DNA from: Micropepsaceae bacterium
Lineage (GTDB): Bacteria > Pseudomonadota > Alphaproteobacteria > Micropepsales > Micropepsaceae
Direction of reading: 5' to 3'
DNA: 64,000 nucleotides
Assembly (NCBI GenBank): GCA_041477875.1
Contig: JBGOVA010000002.1
Coordinates: forward strand, 71 to 64,070
Shown: positions 27,786-35,670 of the stretch, one piece after another
How the letters are laid out: each line of letters begins with the position of its first letter
How positions within the stretch are numbered: the stretch's first letter is position 1
Made by a program: the position numbers and the translations under genes
Notes under the pieces: model-generated
Database searches by the model: none
The model's input: only the letters and a program-made list of their open reading frames with translations
Told to the model about the DNA's origin: nothing

Positions 27786-28522
27786 CGCGCGAGGCGGCGA
27801 TGGATTCGAGCGAACCCACAGAAGACGCGCCGCTGATCGAGCTTCGCGGCGTGACCAAAGTGTTCGGCGAAGGCGAGGGCGCCGTCGCGGCGCTGGCCGG
27901 CATCGACTTGATCATCCGGCGCGGCGAGTTCGTCGCCATCATGGGGCCCAGCGGCTCGGGCAAGTCGACGGCGATGAACATTCTGGGCTGCCTCGATGCG
28001 CCGACGAACGGCGAGTATCTGTTCGACGGCGTCGGCGTGGGCGGGCTCAGCCAAGACGACCGCGCGCTTCTCAGGCGGTTTTTTCTGGGCTTCGTGTTCC
28101 AAGGCTACAACCTTCTTCCGCGCACCTCGGCGCTGGAAAACGTCGAGTTGCCGCTCGTCTATCGCGGCGTGCCGCCCGAAGAACGCCGCAAGATGGCGCT
28201 CGCGGCCCTCGCCAAAGTCGGCCTGCAAGGACGCGAGCATCACGAACCGAGCGCCTTGTCGGGCGGCCAGCAGCAGCGCGTCGCCATCGCGCGCGCCATC
28301 GTCAGCGCGCCCGAGGTCGTGCTCGCCGACGAACCGACCGGCAATCTCGACACTGCGAAAAGCCGCGAGATCATGGATTTGTTGACCGAGCTTCGGCGCG
28401 CCGAAGGCATCACCATCATCATGGTCACGCACGAAGCGGATATGGCGAAATATGCCGACCGCATCATCCGTTTCGTCGACGGGATGATTGCGACCGATGC
28501 GGCGCCGCGCGAGGCGGCATAG
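27782..28522 (+). CDS. MacB-type ABC transporter ATP-binding protein
   Basis: The start overlaps the macA stop in an ATGA overlap. [23 protein letters not shown] and VLADEPTGNLD are present. Confidence 0.9.
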   Translation: MTREAAMDSSEPTEDAPLIELRGVTKVFGEGEGAVAALAGIDLIIRRGEFVAIMGPSGSGKSTAMNILGCLDAPTNGEYLFDGVGVGGLSQDDRALLRRFFLGFVFQGYNLLPRTSALENVELPLVYRGVPPEERRKMALAALAKVGLQGREHHEPSALSGGQQQRVAIARAIVSAPEVVLADEPTGNLDTAKSREIMDLLTELRRAEGITIIMVTHEADMAKYADRIIRFVDGMIATDAAPREAA

Positions 28523-28525
28523 CCC

Positions 28526-29728
28526 ATGTTCCGCGAGGCGTTCAAACTTGCCATCCGCACGATCAGGCGCAACGCGCTGCGCTCGTTCCTCACCGTGCTC
28601 GGCGTCGTCATCGGCGTCGGCGCGGTGATCGGCATGGTCACGACCGGTCAAGGCACGACGGCGCAAGTGACGGCGGACGTCGCCAAGCTCGGCACCAATC
28701 TCCTGATGGTGCGCTCCGGACGCGGCATGGGCCCGTTTGGGGGAGGGGCGAAGAGATTCAGCATCAAGGACGTCGATGCGGTCGAGGCACAGATCTCGGG
28801 CGTCAGGATCACCGGGCCGTCGAGTTCGCAGAACATGACCGCGATCTTCGGCAACGAGAACTACACGACCAGCGTCACAGGCACCGACAACCGCTTCTTC
28901 GACGCCCGCGAATGGAAGCTTGAGAAAGGGCGGCTGTTTCAAGAGGGCGAACTACGGGTCGGCGATTCGGTCTGCGTGATCGGCGCGACGACGCGCAACG
29001 AACTCTTCGGAAAAAGCGACCCGGTCGGTCAAATCATCAGGCTCAAGCAGATTTCCTGCAACGTGATCGGTCTTCTCGCCGCCAAGGGCGTCTCGACGTC
29101 CGGGCCCGATCAGGACGACCTGGTCGTGATGCCGTTACGCACCTTCCAGCGTCGCGTCTCCGGCAATCAGGACATCGAGATGATGTTCGTCTCCGTCAAG
29201 GAAGGGATTTCGACCGCGAAAGTGCAGCGCGACATCGAACGGCTGTTGCGCGAGCGGCGGCGCATTGCGCCGGGCGAGGAAGACGACTTCGGCGTGATGG
29301 ACACCAAGCAGCTCGCGTCCATGATGACGAGCGTCACCAGCATGCTCACCGGCCTCTTGAGTTCGGTCGCGGCAGTCAGCCTGCTGGTCGGCGGCATCGG
29401 CATCATGAACATCATGCTGGTGTCGGTGACCGAGCGCACGCGCGAGATCGGCATCCGCTTGGCGATCGGCGCACAGGCGCGCCAAGTGCTGCTGCAGTTC
29501 CTGGTCGAGGCTGTCGTGCTGTCGCTGTTCGGCGGCCTGGCGGGGATCGCGGCCGGGCTCATCTTCGCGGCCGTCGCCACCTCGATGCTCGGCGTGCCGT
29601 TCATCATCGACATTCCCACGATCGTCGTCGCCTTCGCGTTCTCGGCGATGGTGGGCATCGTGTTCGGCTATTTCCCGGCACAGCGCGCCTCGCGCCTCAA
29701 CCCGATCGAGGCGTTGCGCCACGAATAG
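28526..29728 (+). CDS. MacB-type ABC transporter permease (FtsX family)
   Basis: The architecture is TM1, a periplasmic domain, then three TM helices. REIGIRLAIGA is the FtsX signature. Confidence 0.9.
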   Translation: MFREAFKLAIRTIRRNALRSFLTVLGVVIGVGAVIGMVTTGQGTTAQVTADVAKLGTNLLMVRSGRGMGPFGGGAKRFSIKDVDAVEAQISGVRITGPSSSQNMTAIFGNENYTTSVTGTDNRFFDAREWKLEKGRLFQEGELRVGDSVCVIGATTRNELFGKSDPVGQIIRLKQISCNVIGLLAAKGVSTSGPDQDDLVVMPLRTFQRRVSGNQDIEMMFVSVKEGISTAKVQRDIERLLRERRRIAPGEEDDFGVMDTKQLASMMTSVTSMLTGLLSSVAAVSLLVGGIGIMNIMLVSVTERTREIGIRLAIGAQARQVLLQFLVEAVVLSLFGGLAGIAAGLIFAAVATSMLGVPFIIDIPTIVVAFAFSAMVGIVFGYFPAQRASRLNPIEALRHE

Positions 29729-29740
29729 GCGGCGCGCCGG

Positions 29741-30193
29741 CTAGGGAACAACCATCACGTTGCACGGCGCCAGGGTCACGAGCTTCTGCGATACGCTCCC
29801 CAAGAGCAGGCCCGCCAAGCTGCCGCGGCCGCGCTTGCCCACGACAATCGCGTCCGCGTTCCTTTGCTTCGAGACCTTAAGGATCGCTTCGGTCGGATCG
29901 CCGCTCTCGGTCTGAAGGTGAACGTCGGTCGCACCGGCGCGCGCTGCGCGCTTTCGGGCGCGAAACAAGACGTTCTGTGCGGTGATCTCGGCGACGTCCC
30001 CCTCAGCGACATGCTCGATCGTCTCGAATGCTTCCACCGTGTCGCGCGAAAGGCGGTCCTGCACCGTCAAGATCAGCAGACGGGCGCCGAGTGATTTCGC
30101 CAGTTGGGCGGCGGCATCAATCGCTCGATCACTCCCGGCCGACCCATCCGTTGCCACCAAAATCTGCCGCAGTGCACTTCTCGCCTCTTGCAT
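29741..30193 (-). CDS. Universal stress protein (single domain)
   Basis: This uses the internal ATG (MQEARSALRQILVATDGS...). The C-terminus is VVGKRGRGSLAGLLLGSVSQKLV. It overlaps the chaB stop by 1 nt. Confidence 0.85.
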   Translation of the reverse strand: MQEARSALRQILVATDGSAGSDRAIDAAAQLAKSLGARLLILTVQDRLSRDTVEAFETIEHVAEGDVAEITAQNVLFRARKRAARAGATDVHLQTESGDPTEAILKVSKQRNADAIVVGKRGRGSLAGLLLGSVSQKLVTLAPCNVMVVP

Positions 30194-30408
30194 CAGTCGG
30201 GCTCGCGTTCGATCCAGACGCCATCTTGCTTGACATAGCGCTTCTTCACAGCCGCCCAGGCCACGCGATGGGCGATCTCTTCGCGCCGGCCGCTGGCCTC
30301 GTACGAGTCGAAAGCGTTGTTGAACGCCGCGCGATAGATGTCTTGCGCGTGCGTCGGCAACACGTGGCGGATGCTCTCTGGCAGCGAGGCGTTTGACGCA
30401 TAAGGCAT
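30193..30408 (-). CDS. chaB: ChaB family protein
   Basis: SLPESIRHVLPTHAQDIYRAAFNNA...AHRVAWAAVKKRY is the ChaB pattern. Confidence 0.8.
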   Translation of the reverse strand: MPYASNASLPESIRHVLPTHAQDIYRAAFNNAFDSYEASGRREEIAHRVAWAAVKKRYVKQDGVWIEREPD

Positions 30409-30457
30409 AGCGGCACCTGCGAGGGTGCGAAGTATGAGCGCGCCTTCTTGCCGGTTC

Positions 30458-30471
30458 TTGATCTACCGCAA
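30458..30471. promoter_or_regulatory. FixK/FNR-type box TTGATCTACCGCAA
   Basis: The centre is about 56 nt upstream of the chaB ATG. CATACT (reverse complement of 30431-30436) is at -10 spacing. The coordinate may be off by 1 nt. Confidence 0.5.
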
Positions 30472-30530
30472 AACGGCGATCTCCTTCTCCAGGATATTGC
30501 CGCCATGCCCGGCAACGCCGCCGGCGACCG

Positions 30531-32033
30531 TCAGGCGATCGCGATCGCGCCTTCGTGCGCGGTGACATAGGTCATGGCGTACGCCAACTCGCCGGGCGAC
30601 TCCGCGTGCACCGTGAACAGCGGCTGGCCGGCGTCGACTTGCTCGCCCAAGCGCGCGTGAAGGTCGAGACCGGCGGCCGGCGCGCGCGGCGCACCCGCGA
30701 GCTTTGCGATGCGCGAAAGCCTTCGATTGTCCATTCGCGCGATGCGTCCGGTCCCAGGTGCGACGATCACCTGCCTGTGGGCCGCCGTCCGCGGCTCGCG
30801 CATTCCGCCTTGGGCATCGCAAATCGCCTGAAACTTCCGCCATGCGCGCCCGTCGTCGAGCAGTGCCCTTGCCTGTCGGGCGCCGAGTGCCGGTCCTGCC
30901 TTGCCGCCGAGCTCCAAGATATGACCGGCCAGCGAGACGGCGCGCGCAGCCAAGTCTTGAGGTGCGCCCGGCTCGCCGCGGAGGACGGCCAGCAGGTCGC
31001 GCGCCTCGAGCGCCGGCCCGATGCCGCGACCGACCGGCTGGGCGCCGTCCGTCTCAACGGTCTTGACGGCAATTCCCAGCGCCGCGCCAACGTCGATCAG
31101 GCGTTTCGCCAAAGCCTGTGCGCCGGCCGAGTTGCGCATCTTGGCGGTCGGGCCCACAGGGATATCGATCAAAGCGTGCGTCGAACCCGCGGCAACCTTC
31201 TTCGAAAGCACCGAGGCCGTGAGTTGGCCGTCGCTGTCGAAGTCGAGCGGGCGCTCGACATGGATCAAGATGTCGTCCGCCGGGCTTATTCCCATCGCGC
31301 CGCCCCAAACGACGCAGCCGCCCTCGCGCTCGACCACACGGCGCATCGCGGGAAGACTCAGCATCACGGGCGCGATCGTCTCCATGGTGTCCGCCGTGCC
31401 GGCGGGCGAGGTGATCGCGCGCGAGGAGGTTTTGGGCATCACGAGGCCCGCAGCCGCCACGATCGCCACAATGATGGGCGTCGTGCGATTGCCGGGCAGG
31501 CCGCCGATGCAGTGCTTGTCGACAATCGGATGCGCGGGCCACGTCAAGCGCGAGCCCGCCGACACCATCGCGTGCGTCAGACCGATGGTTTCCTCGAGCG
31601 ACAAATGATCGCCGGCGCAGGCCGTGACGAACGAAGCCATTTCGAGGCCCGAGTATCGGCCGGCGACCACATCCGCGATGATCTCCTGAAAATCGTCCGG
31701 CGCCAGCGTGCGGCCGTAAATCTTGCCGCGTACCTTCGAGAACGACTCGACGGGGTCGGGATGCGAGACATAAACAAGGCTCCCCGCGCGCGCGCCGAGG
31801 GCGACCCAGGCGGCGTCCGAGAGCCCAGCCTCGTGCTTGCCCAGAAGGTTCGAATTCACGACGTTGAGCGTCGCGATGACCTCGCGCCCGTCCAGCGACA
31901 GTCTCACGCGGGCAAGCGCGGCAAACCCCTCCGAGCGGCACACCTCGCAATCGGCGTGCATATAGACGACGGGCTCTTGATAGGTGTCGATGCCGATGCG
32001 CGTGACGCGCAAGCCGTGCGGCGATGCACTCAT
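30531..32033 (-). CDS. Thymidine phosphorylase family protein (putative nucleoside/AMP phosphorylase type)
   Basis: MSASPHGLRVTRIGIDTYQEPVV..., DKHCIGGLPGNRTT and TSSRAITSPAGTADTME are present. The ATG at 32033 was chosen to match the family N-terminus. Confidence 0.9.
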   Translation of the reverse strand: MSASPHGLRVTRIGIDTYQEPVVYMHADCEVCRSEGFAALARVRLSLDGREVIATLNVVNSNLLGKHEAGLSDAAWVALGARAGSLVYVSHPDPVESFSKVRGKIYGRTLAPDDFQEIIADVVAGRYSGLEMASFVTACAGDHLSLEETIGLTHAMVSAGSRLTWPAHPIVDKHCIGGLPGNRTTPIIVAIVAAAGLVMPKTSSRAITSPAGTADTMETIAPVMLSLPAMRRVVEREGGCVVWGGAMGISPADDILIHVERPLDFDSDGQLTASVLSKKVAAGSTHALIDIPVGPTAKMRNSAGAQALAKRLIDVGAALGIAVKTVETDGAQPVGRGIGPALEARDLLAVLRGEPGAPQDLAARAVSLAGHILELGGKAGPALGARQARALLDDGRAWRKFQAICDAQGGMREPRTAAHRQVIVAPGTGRIARMDNRRLSRIAKLAGAPRAPAAGLDLHARLGEQVDAGQPLFTVHAESPGELAYAMTYVTAHEGAIAIA

Positions 32034-32099
32034 GTTTGTCGTCCTCGGTTGACCTGGATCCAAGCGCGCGCGGCGACGAGATCCAAGCGAAGCGTCACA

Positions 32100-32744
32100 T
32101 TAGGGCGGCGCGCGCTTGAAACCGGTGATCATCGCGAGAAGGAGGTTTTCCTTGTGCGCGATGCCGGCGAGGGCGACGCCCGCGACGTGGAAGGCGATCA
32201 GGATCAGCGTCAAATTGGCGAAGAGCTCGTGGATTTCCTGCATGGCGCTTTCTTCACGGCGACGCGGAGCTAAGGTTCGTTCACTCTCGGCAGATGGCGC
32301 GATGTCCTCCGATTGGGACGCGGCCGCCCGTTTCTCGAGAAACAAAGCGAACGGACCTTCGCCATGCGAAAGCGCAAGCTCGGCCATGCCGGTCACAACC
32401 GTGCCGGTCAGCATGAACAGCAGTGCGAAGACCATCATTGCGCCCGCCGGCGAGTGGCCGATGTAGCGGGGCGCGCGCATGCGCACGAGGTCGCGGAGGT
32501 AGGCGAGCGCTTTGAATGGGCTGAAGAGAAAATCGGAAAAGCGCGCGTGCTCCGTCCCCACGAAACCCCAGACGAGGCGAGCGAGGATGTAGGCCGTGAC
32601 CGCATAGCCCGCCCATTCGTGCATTTCGAGCGCGTCGTCCTCGGTCAAATAGGCAACGGCGAACGCGATCACCAGTATCCAGTGGCCCATGCGGACGAGG
32701 CGGTCCCATACCTGGACGGTCGCGACGGGGTTGTCGTTTGGCAT
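32100..32744 (-). CDS. Cytochrome b/b6-domain (b561/Ni-Fe hydrogenase b-type) membrane protein
   Basis: VWDRLVRMGHWILV carries a haem-ligand His pattern. There are four TM helices and a second His pair in IAFHVAGVALAGIAH. Confidence 0.8.
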   Translation of the reverse strand: MPNDNPVATVQVWDRLVRMGHWILVIAFAVAYLTEDDALEMHEWAGYAVTAYILARLVWGFVGTEHARFSDFLFSPFKALAYLRDLVRMRAPRYIGHSPAGAMMVFALLFMLTGTVVTGMAELALSHGEGPFALFLEKRAAASQSEDIAPSAESERTLAPRRREESAMQEIHELFANLTLILIAFHVAGVALAGIAHKENLLLAMITGFKRAPP

Positions 32745-32771
32745 AGGCGGTTTTTCCCGTGCTGGACCGAC

Positions 32772-33959
32772 TCACGTAACATCGCGGCCCTCCGGCACAA
32801 TGTAAACCACATGACCGAATTCGTCTTTGACGGGGGTGAGCGAAATGTCGATCCGGCGCACGTCGCCCTCGGCGCGATGCAGTTCCGCCGTGTAGCGCAC
32901 GGTTTCGCCGCGTGCGGCCTCCGCGATCGCGCTTTTGAGCCGCTGGCGCGCGCTGTCGTCGGGCGCAAGGTCGCTGCCGGCCCAGGGCAGGTCCCATAAC
33001 GGCAAGCCGATGAGCTGCGAGTGACCTTCGGTCATCAGGCGGCCGGCACGATTGATCTCGAGCACCGTGCCGTCCGGCGCGATGAGGCCTATCGCCTCGA
33101 ACGCGTGTTCGAAGATGGCGCGAAAGCGGCGCTCGCTTTCCTTCAGCTTTTGTTCCTGGCGTTTGCGCAGCGTGACGTCGCGCACGTGCGCGGTGAAGGT
33201 GAGCGCGCCGCCGACCGTCACCTTGGTGATCGCCACTTCCACCGGGAATTCCTCGCCGTCCTTGCGCAGGCCCACGATGTGGCCGCGCTCGTTCATCTGG
33301 CGCGACGCCTGTTTGCCGGCGCCGAAGCCGGTGACGTCTTCGCGATGGCGAAAGCGATAGCGTTCGGGCATCAGCAGCGACAGCGGACGCCCCAAGACCT
33401 CCTCGGCGCGATAGCCGAACATGTGCTCGGCCTTTAGATTGAAGAAGGTGATCGTCTGCGCGGCGTCAGCCGAGATGATGCCGTCTTCGGCGACTTGCAG
33501 AATGCGCGAAGCCTTGAGGTGGGCTTCCTTGAACGAGGCTTGCTCCCGGCGGCGCGCGGTGTTGTCGCGAAAGGTGATGAAATAACGCCGCACTCCGTCG
33601 ACCTGGCGTTCGACGACGCGCACGTCGACGGGCATTTGCGCGCCCGCCTTGGTTTGCGCGATCAGGTCGAGAAAGCGCGACTGGGTCTCATCGGATTCGT
33701 GCGCCCAGCGTTCGAGCCACTTCATGGCGTCGGCGCGGCGGTCGGGCTGCTGGGGCACCAGCATCGCGATGTTGCGGCCGACGACGTCGGCTTGCTTGTA
33801 ACCCAGGAGCTTTTCGGACGCCGGATTGAAATAGGTGATCGTGCCATCGGGCGCCGCGACGATGATCGCCTCCGGCACGCCCTCCACAAGCGCGCGGAAG
33901 AAAGCGGGCGAGGCCTGATCCTTCGCCGCTGTCTGCGGGTCGCGCGTCGGTGTCGTCAT
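32772..33959 (-). CDS. Triple-PAS-domain sensor protein without output domain
   Basis: This uses the internal ATG (MTTPTRDPQ...), giving 395 aa. There are three PAS repeats: PDGTITYFNPASEKLLGY, ITFFNLKAEHMFGY and PDGTVLEINRAG. No kinase, GGDEF or HTH follows. Confidence 0.85.
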   Translation of the reverse strand: MTTPTRDPQTAAKDQASPAFFRALVEGVPEAIIVAAPDGTITYFNPASEKLLGYKQADVVGRNIAMLVPQQPDRRADAMKWLERWAHESDETQSRFLDLIAQTKAGAQMPVDVRVVERQVDGVRRYFITFRDNTARRREQASFKEAHLKASRILQVAEDGIISADAAQTITFFNLKAEHMFGYRAEEVLGRPLSLLMPERYRFRHREDVTGFGAGKQASRQMNERGHIVGLRKDGEEFPVEVAITKVTVGGALTFTAHVRDVTLRKRQEQKLKESERRFRAIFEHAFEAIGLIAPDGTVLEINRAGRLMTEGHSQLIGLPLWDLPWAGSDLAPDDSARQRLKSAIAEAARGETVRYTAELHRAEGDVRRIDISLTPVKDEFGHVVYIVPEGRDVT

Positions 33960-33971
33960 GGCCGTCTCACG

Positions 33972-34011
33972 AAAAATGAACCGAGCGCCCGCGGGGGGAA
34001 ATCGCGGGCGC
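33972..34011 (-). terminator. Rho-independent terminator after the diiron oxygenase gene
   Basis: The minus-strand hairpin is GCGCCCGCG-loop-CGCGGGCGC, followed by TTCATTTTTCG. Confidence 0.65.
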
Positions 34012-34030
34012 TGCGGTCCGGTCGAAGCCG

Positions 34031-35143
34031 TTACTCTGCCGCGGCTTCGAGGCTCGGCGCGCCGCCTTCCATCTGGTGAAGGATGCGCATGTCTTCGGAG
34101 ATCTGGATGCCGGCCGCCTCGTACTTCTTGCGCACGCGCGGCGTGATCAGGCCGACGCGCGCAATGGCGGGCAACATCAGATCGTGCAACGAATGGATTT
34201 GGCCCGGTGGAAGCTCTGTCAGGATTCCCATGTCGGCCGCTTCGCTCAGGCCCTTGAAGAAATCCTCCGGATCGATCTGGGAGTTCTTCAGCACTTCCAT
34301 GAAGCCCGGGTCGGCGCGGCTGGCCAAGGTCTGACCGCCGCCGACCTGTGTGCCCTGGACGATCAGATAGATCGCATTGAAGGCGAAGTCGGCGAGTTCC
34401 TCGCGCGAGGCTTCGTCGAGCTTCTTGATCACCGGGCCCAGGAAGACGTGACCGAACGAGACGTGGCGCGATTCGTCGCGCATGACGTTGAAGGTGATCG
34501 CCTTGAGAAGCGGGCAGTTCGTGGCGTGATACATGTTGTTGAAGGCGCCGAGGGCGAGGCCTTCGACGATCATGTTCATGCCGATCATCACTTTTTCGTA
34601 GCGATCGGATTTCAATGTCGCGTCGATCAGCGCCTTGAGCCACGGCGTCATCGGGTAGACCATGGCGATCTTGTCGCAATATTTGGCGTAGACCTCGACG
34701 TGGCGCGCTTCGTCCATCGTCTGCGTCGCGGCGTAAAGCTTCGCGGTCGTGTCGGGCACCGAATGCGTGACGCAGGCCGCCGTCATCAGCGCGCCTTGCT
34801 CGCCGTGCAGGAATTGCGAGAGCAACTGCGCGGTCGAATGCGCGGTGAACGTCTCGCGCTGCGATTTCGACAACTTCGCGAAGAACGGCATTTTGTGGTA
34901 CACGGACGAACGGTCCGCGATCAGCGGGTTCGACGGATCGACCTTCGTGTCCCACGGCAGAAGCTCGTCGGAATCCCATTGATTCTGCTTCGCGCGTTTG
35001 TAGAGATCCTCGACCTTGCCTTTGCCGAACAGGTAGTCGAACGACCACGCGATATCCATCGGGTTGCGATAGAGACCGTCGGGCGTCATGGTCACTTGCC
35101 ATGCGCCTTTTTTCACAACTTTGCCGACCGCTTGCGCCGCCAT
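34031..35143 (-). CDS. Ferritin-like diiron oxygenase (AurF/PF11583-like), substrate unknown
   Basis: The four-helix diiron ligand pattern is present: HGEQGAL, DEARHVE (ExxH), IVEGLALG and RDESRHVS (ExxH). Confidence 0.75.
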   Translation of the reverse strand: MAAQAVGKVVKKGAWQVTMTPDGLYRNPMDIAWSFDYLFGKGKVEDLYKRAKQNQWDSDELLPWDTKVDPSNPLIADRSSVYHKMPFFAKLSKSQRETFTAHSTAQLLSQFLHGEQGALMTAACVTHSVPDTTAKLYAATQTMDEARHVEVYAKYCDKIAMVYPMTPWLKALIDATLKSDRYEKVMIGMNMIVEGLALGAFNNMYHATNCPLLKAITFNVMRDESRHVSFGHVFLGPVIKKLDEASREELADFAFNAIYLIVQGTQVGGGQTLASRADPGFMEVLKNSQIDPEDFFKGLSEAADMGILTELPPGQIHSLHDLMLPAIARVGLITPRVRKKYEAAGIQISEDMRILHQMEGGAPSLEAAAE

Positions 35144-35214
35144 TTCCGTCCTCCGTGTCCGCCAGACCTATGTGGCTTGGTCATGAACACTGACGTAGGC
35201 GTCAGCGTTGCGAT

Positions 35215-35228
35215 TTGATTCAGATCAA
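35215..35228. promoter_or_regulatory. Consensus FNR/FixK anaerobox TTGATTCAGATCAA
   Basis: It is a perfect TTGAT-N4-ATCAA palindrome. It lies 72-85 nt upstream of the diiron oxygenase ATG (35143), inside the ferredoxin/oxygenase gap. Confidence 0.7.
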
Positions 35229-35270
35229 AATTGCCGCGTGGCGTTTCGGCGCGAATGAGAATGAGTGTCG

Positions 35271-35588
35271 TCAGTACTGGCGCGCCGGCGTGCGCACGAC
35301 GAGGCCTTCGAGCGCGGACGAGACTTTGATCTGGCACGAGAGGCGGCTGTTCTCCTTCACGTCGAAGGCGAAGTCGAGCATGTCGCGTTCGAGCTCGTTC
35401 ATCGGCGGCAGTTTTGCCATCCAGCCGTTCTCGACGTAGACGTGGCACGTGGCGCAGGCGCAGGCACCGCCGCAATCGCCGTCGATGCCGGGGACGGTAT
35501 AGCGCACCGCGCCTTCCATCACCGACAGGCCGTCGGGCACGTCCACGACATGCTCGGTGCCCGAGTGCTCGATGTACTTGATCTTGGC
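35271..35588 (-). CDS. [2Fe-2S] ferredoxin (adrenodoxin/putidaredoxin type)
   Basis: [14 protein letters not shown]... and the Cys pattern [12 protein letters not shown]...C are present. Confidence 0.85.
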   Translation of the reverse strand, partial: AKIKYIEHSGTEHVVDVPDGLSVMEGAVRYTVPGIDGDCGGACACATCHVYVENGWMAKLPPMNELERDMLDFAFDVKENSRLSCQIKVSSALEGLVVRTPARQY

Positions 35589-35670
35589 CATGCGTGGTCG
35601 TGCTCGCCCCACGCTTTCGCCTGAAGCCCGAGTAATGCTGTCCGGCTGTTGCTATGTGTTGTGCGGCAAG

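Noticed and set aside
32049-32062. The near-consensus box TTGACCTGGATCCA upstream of the thymidine-phosphorylase-family gene.
   Set aside because: It has one mismatch. It lies only about 16-30 nt from the family-consistent start codon, which is too close for class II activation. It may be chance, a repressive site, or a sign of a different start. It is not counted among the supported boxes.
30555-32273. A 572-aa plus-strand ORF.
   Set aside because: It is antisense to the thymidine-phosphorylase-family gene. It has a low-complexity Arg/Asp/Ala translation and no motifs.
32772-35102. A 776-aa ORF that appears to extend the PAS protein far upstream.
   Set aside because: The N-terminal 380 aa are an out-of-frame read-through across the diiron oxygenase gene and across a terminator hairpin. 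The real PAS protein starts at ATG 33959.
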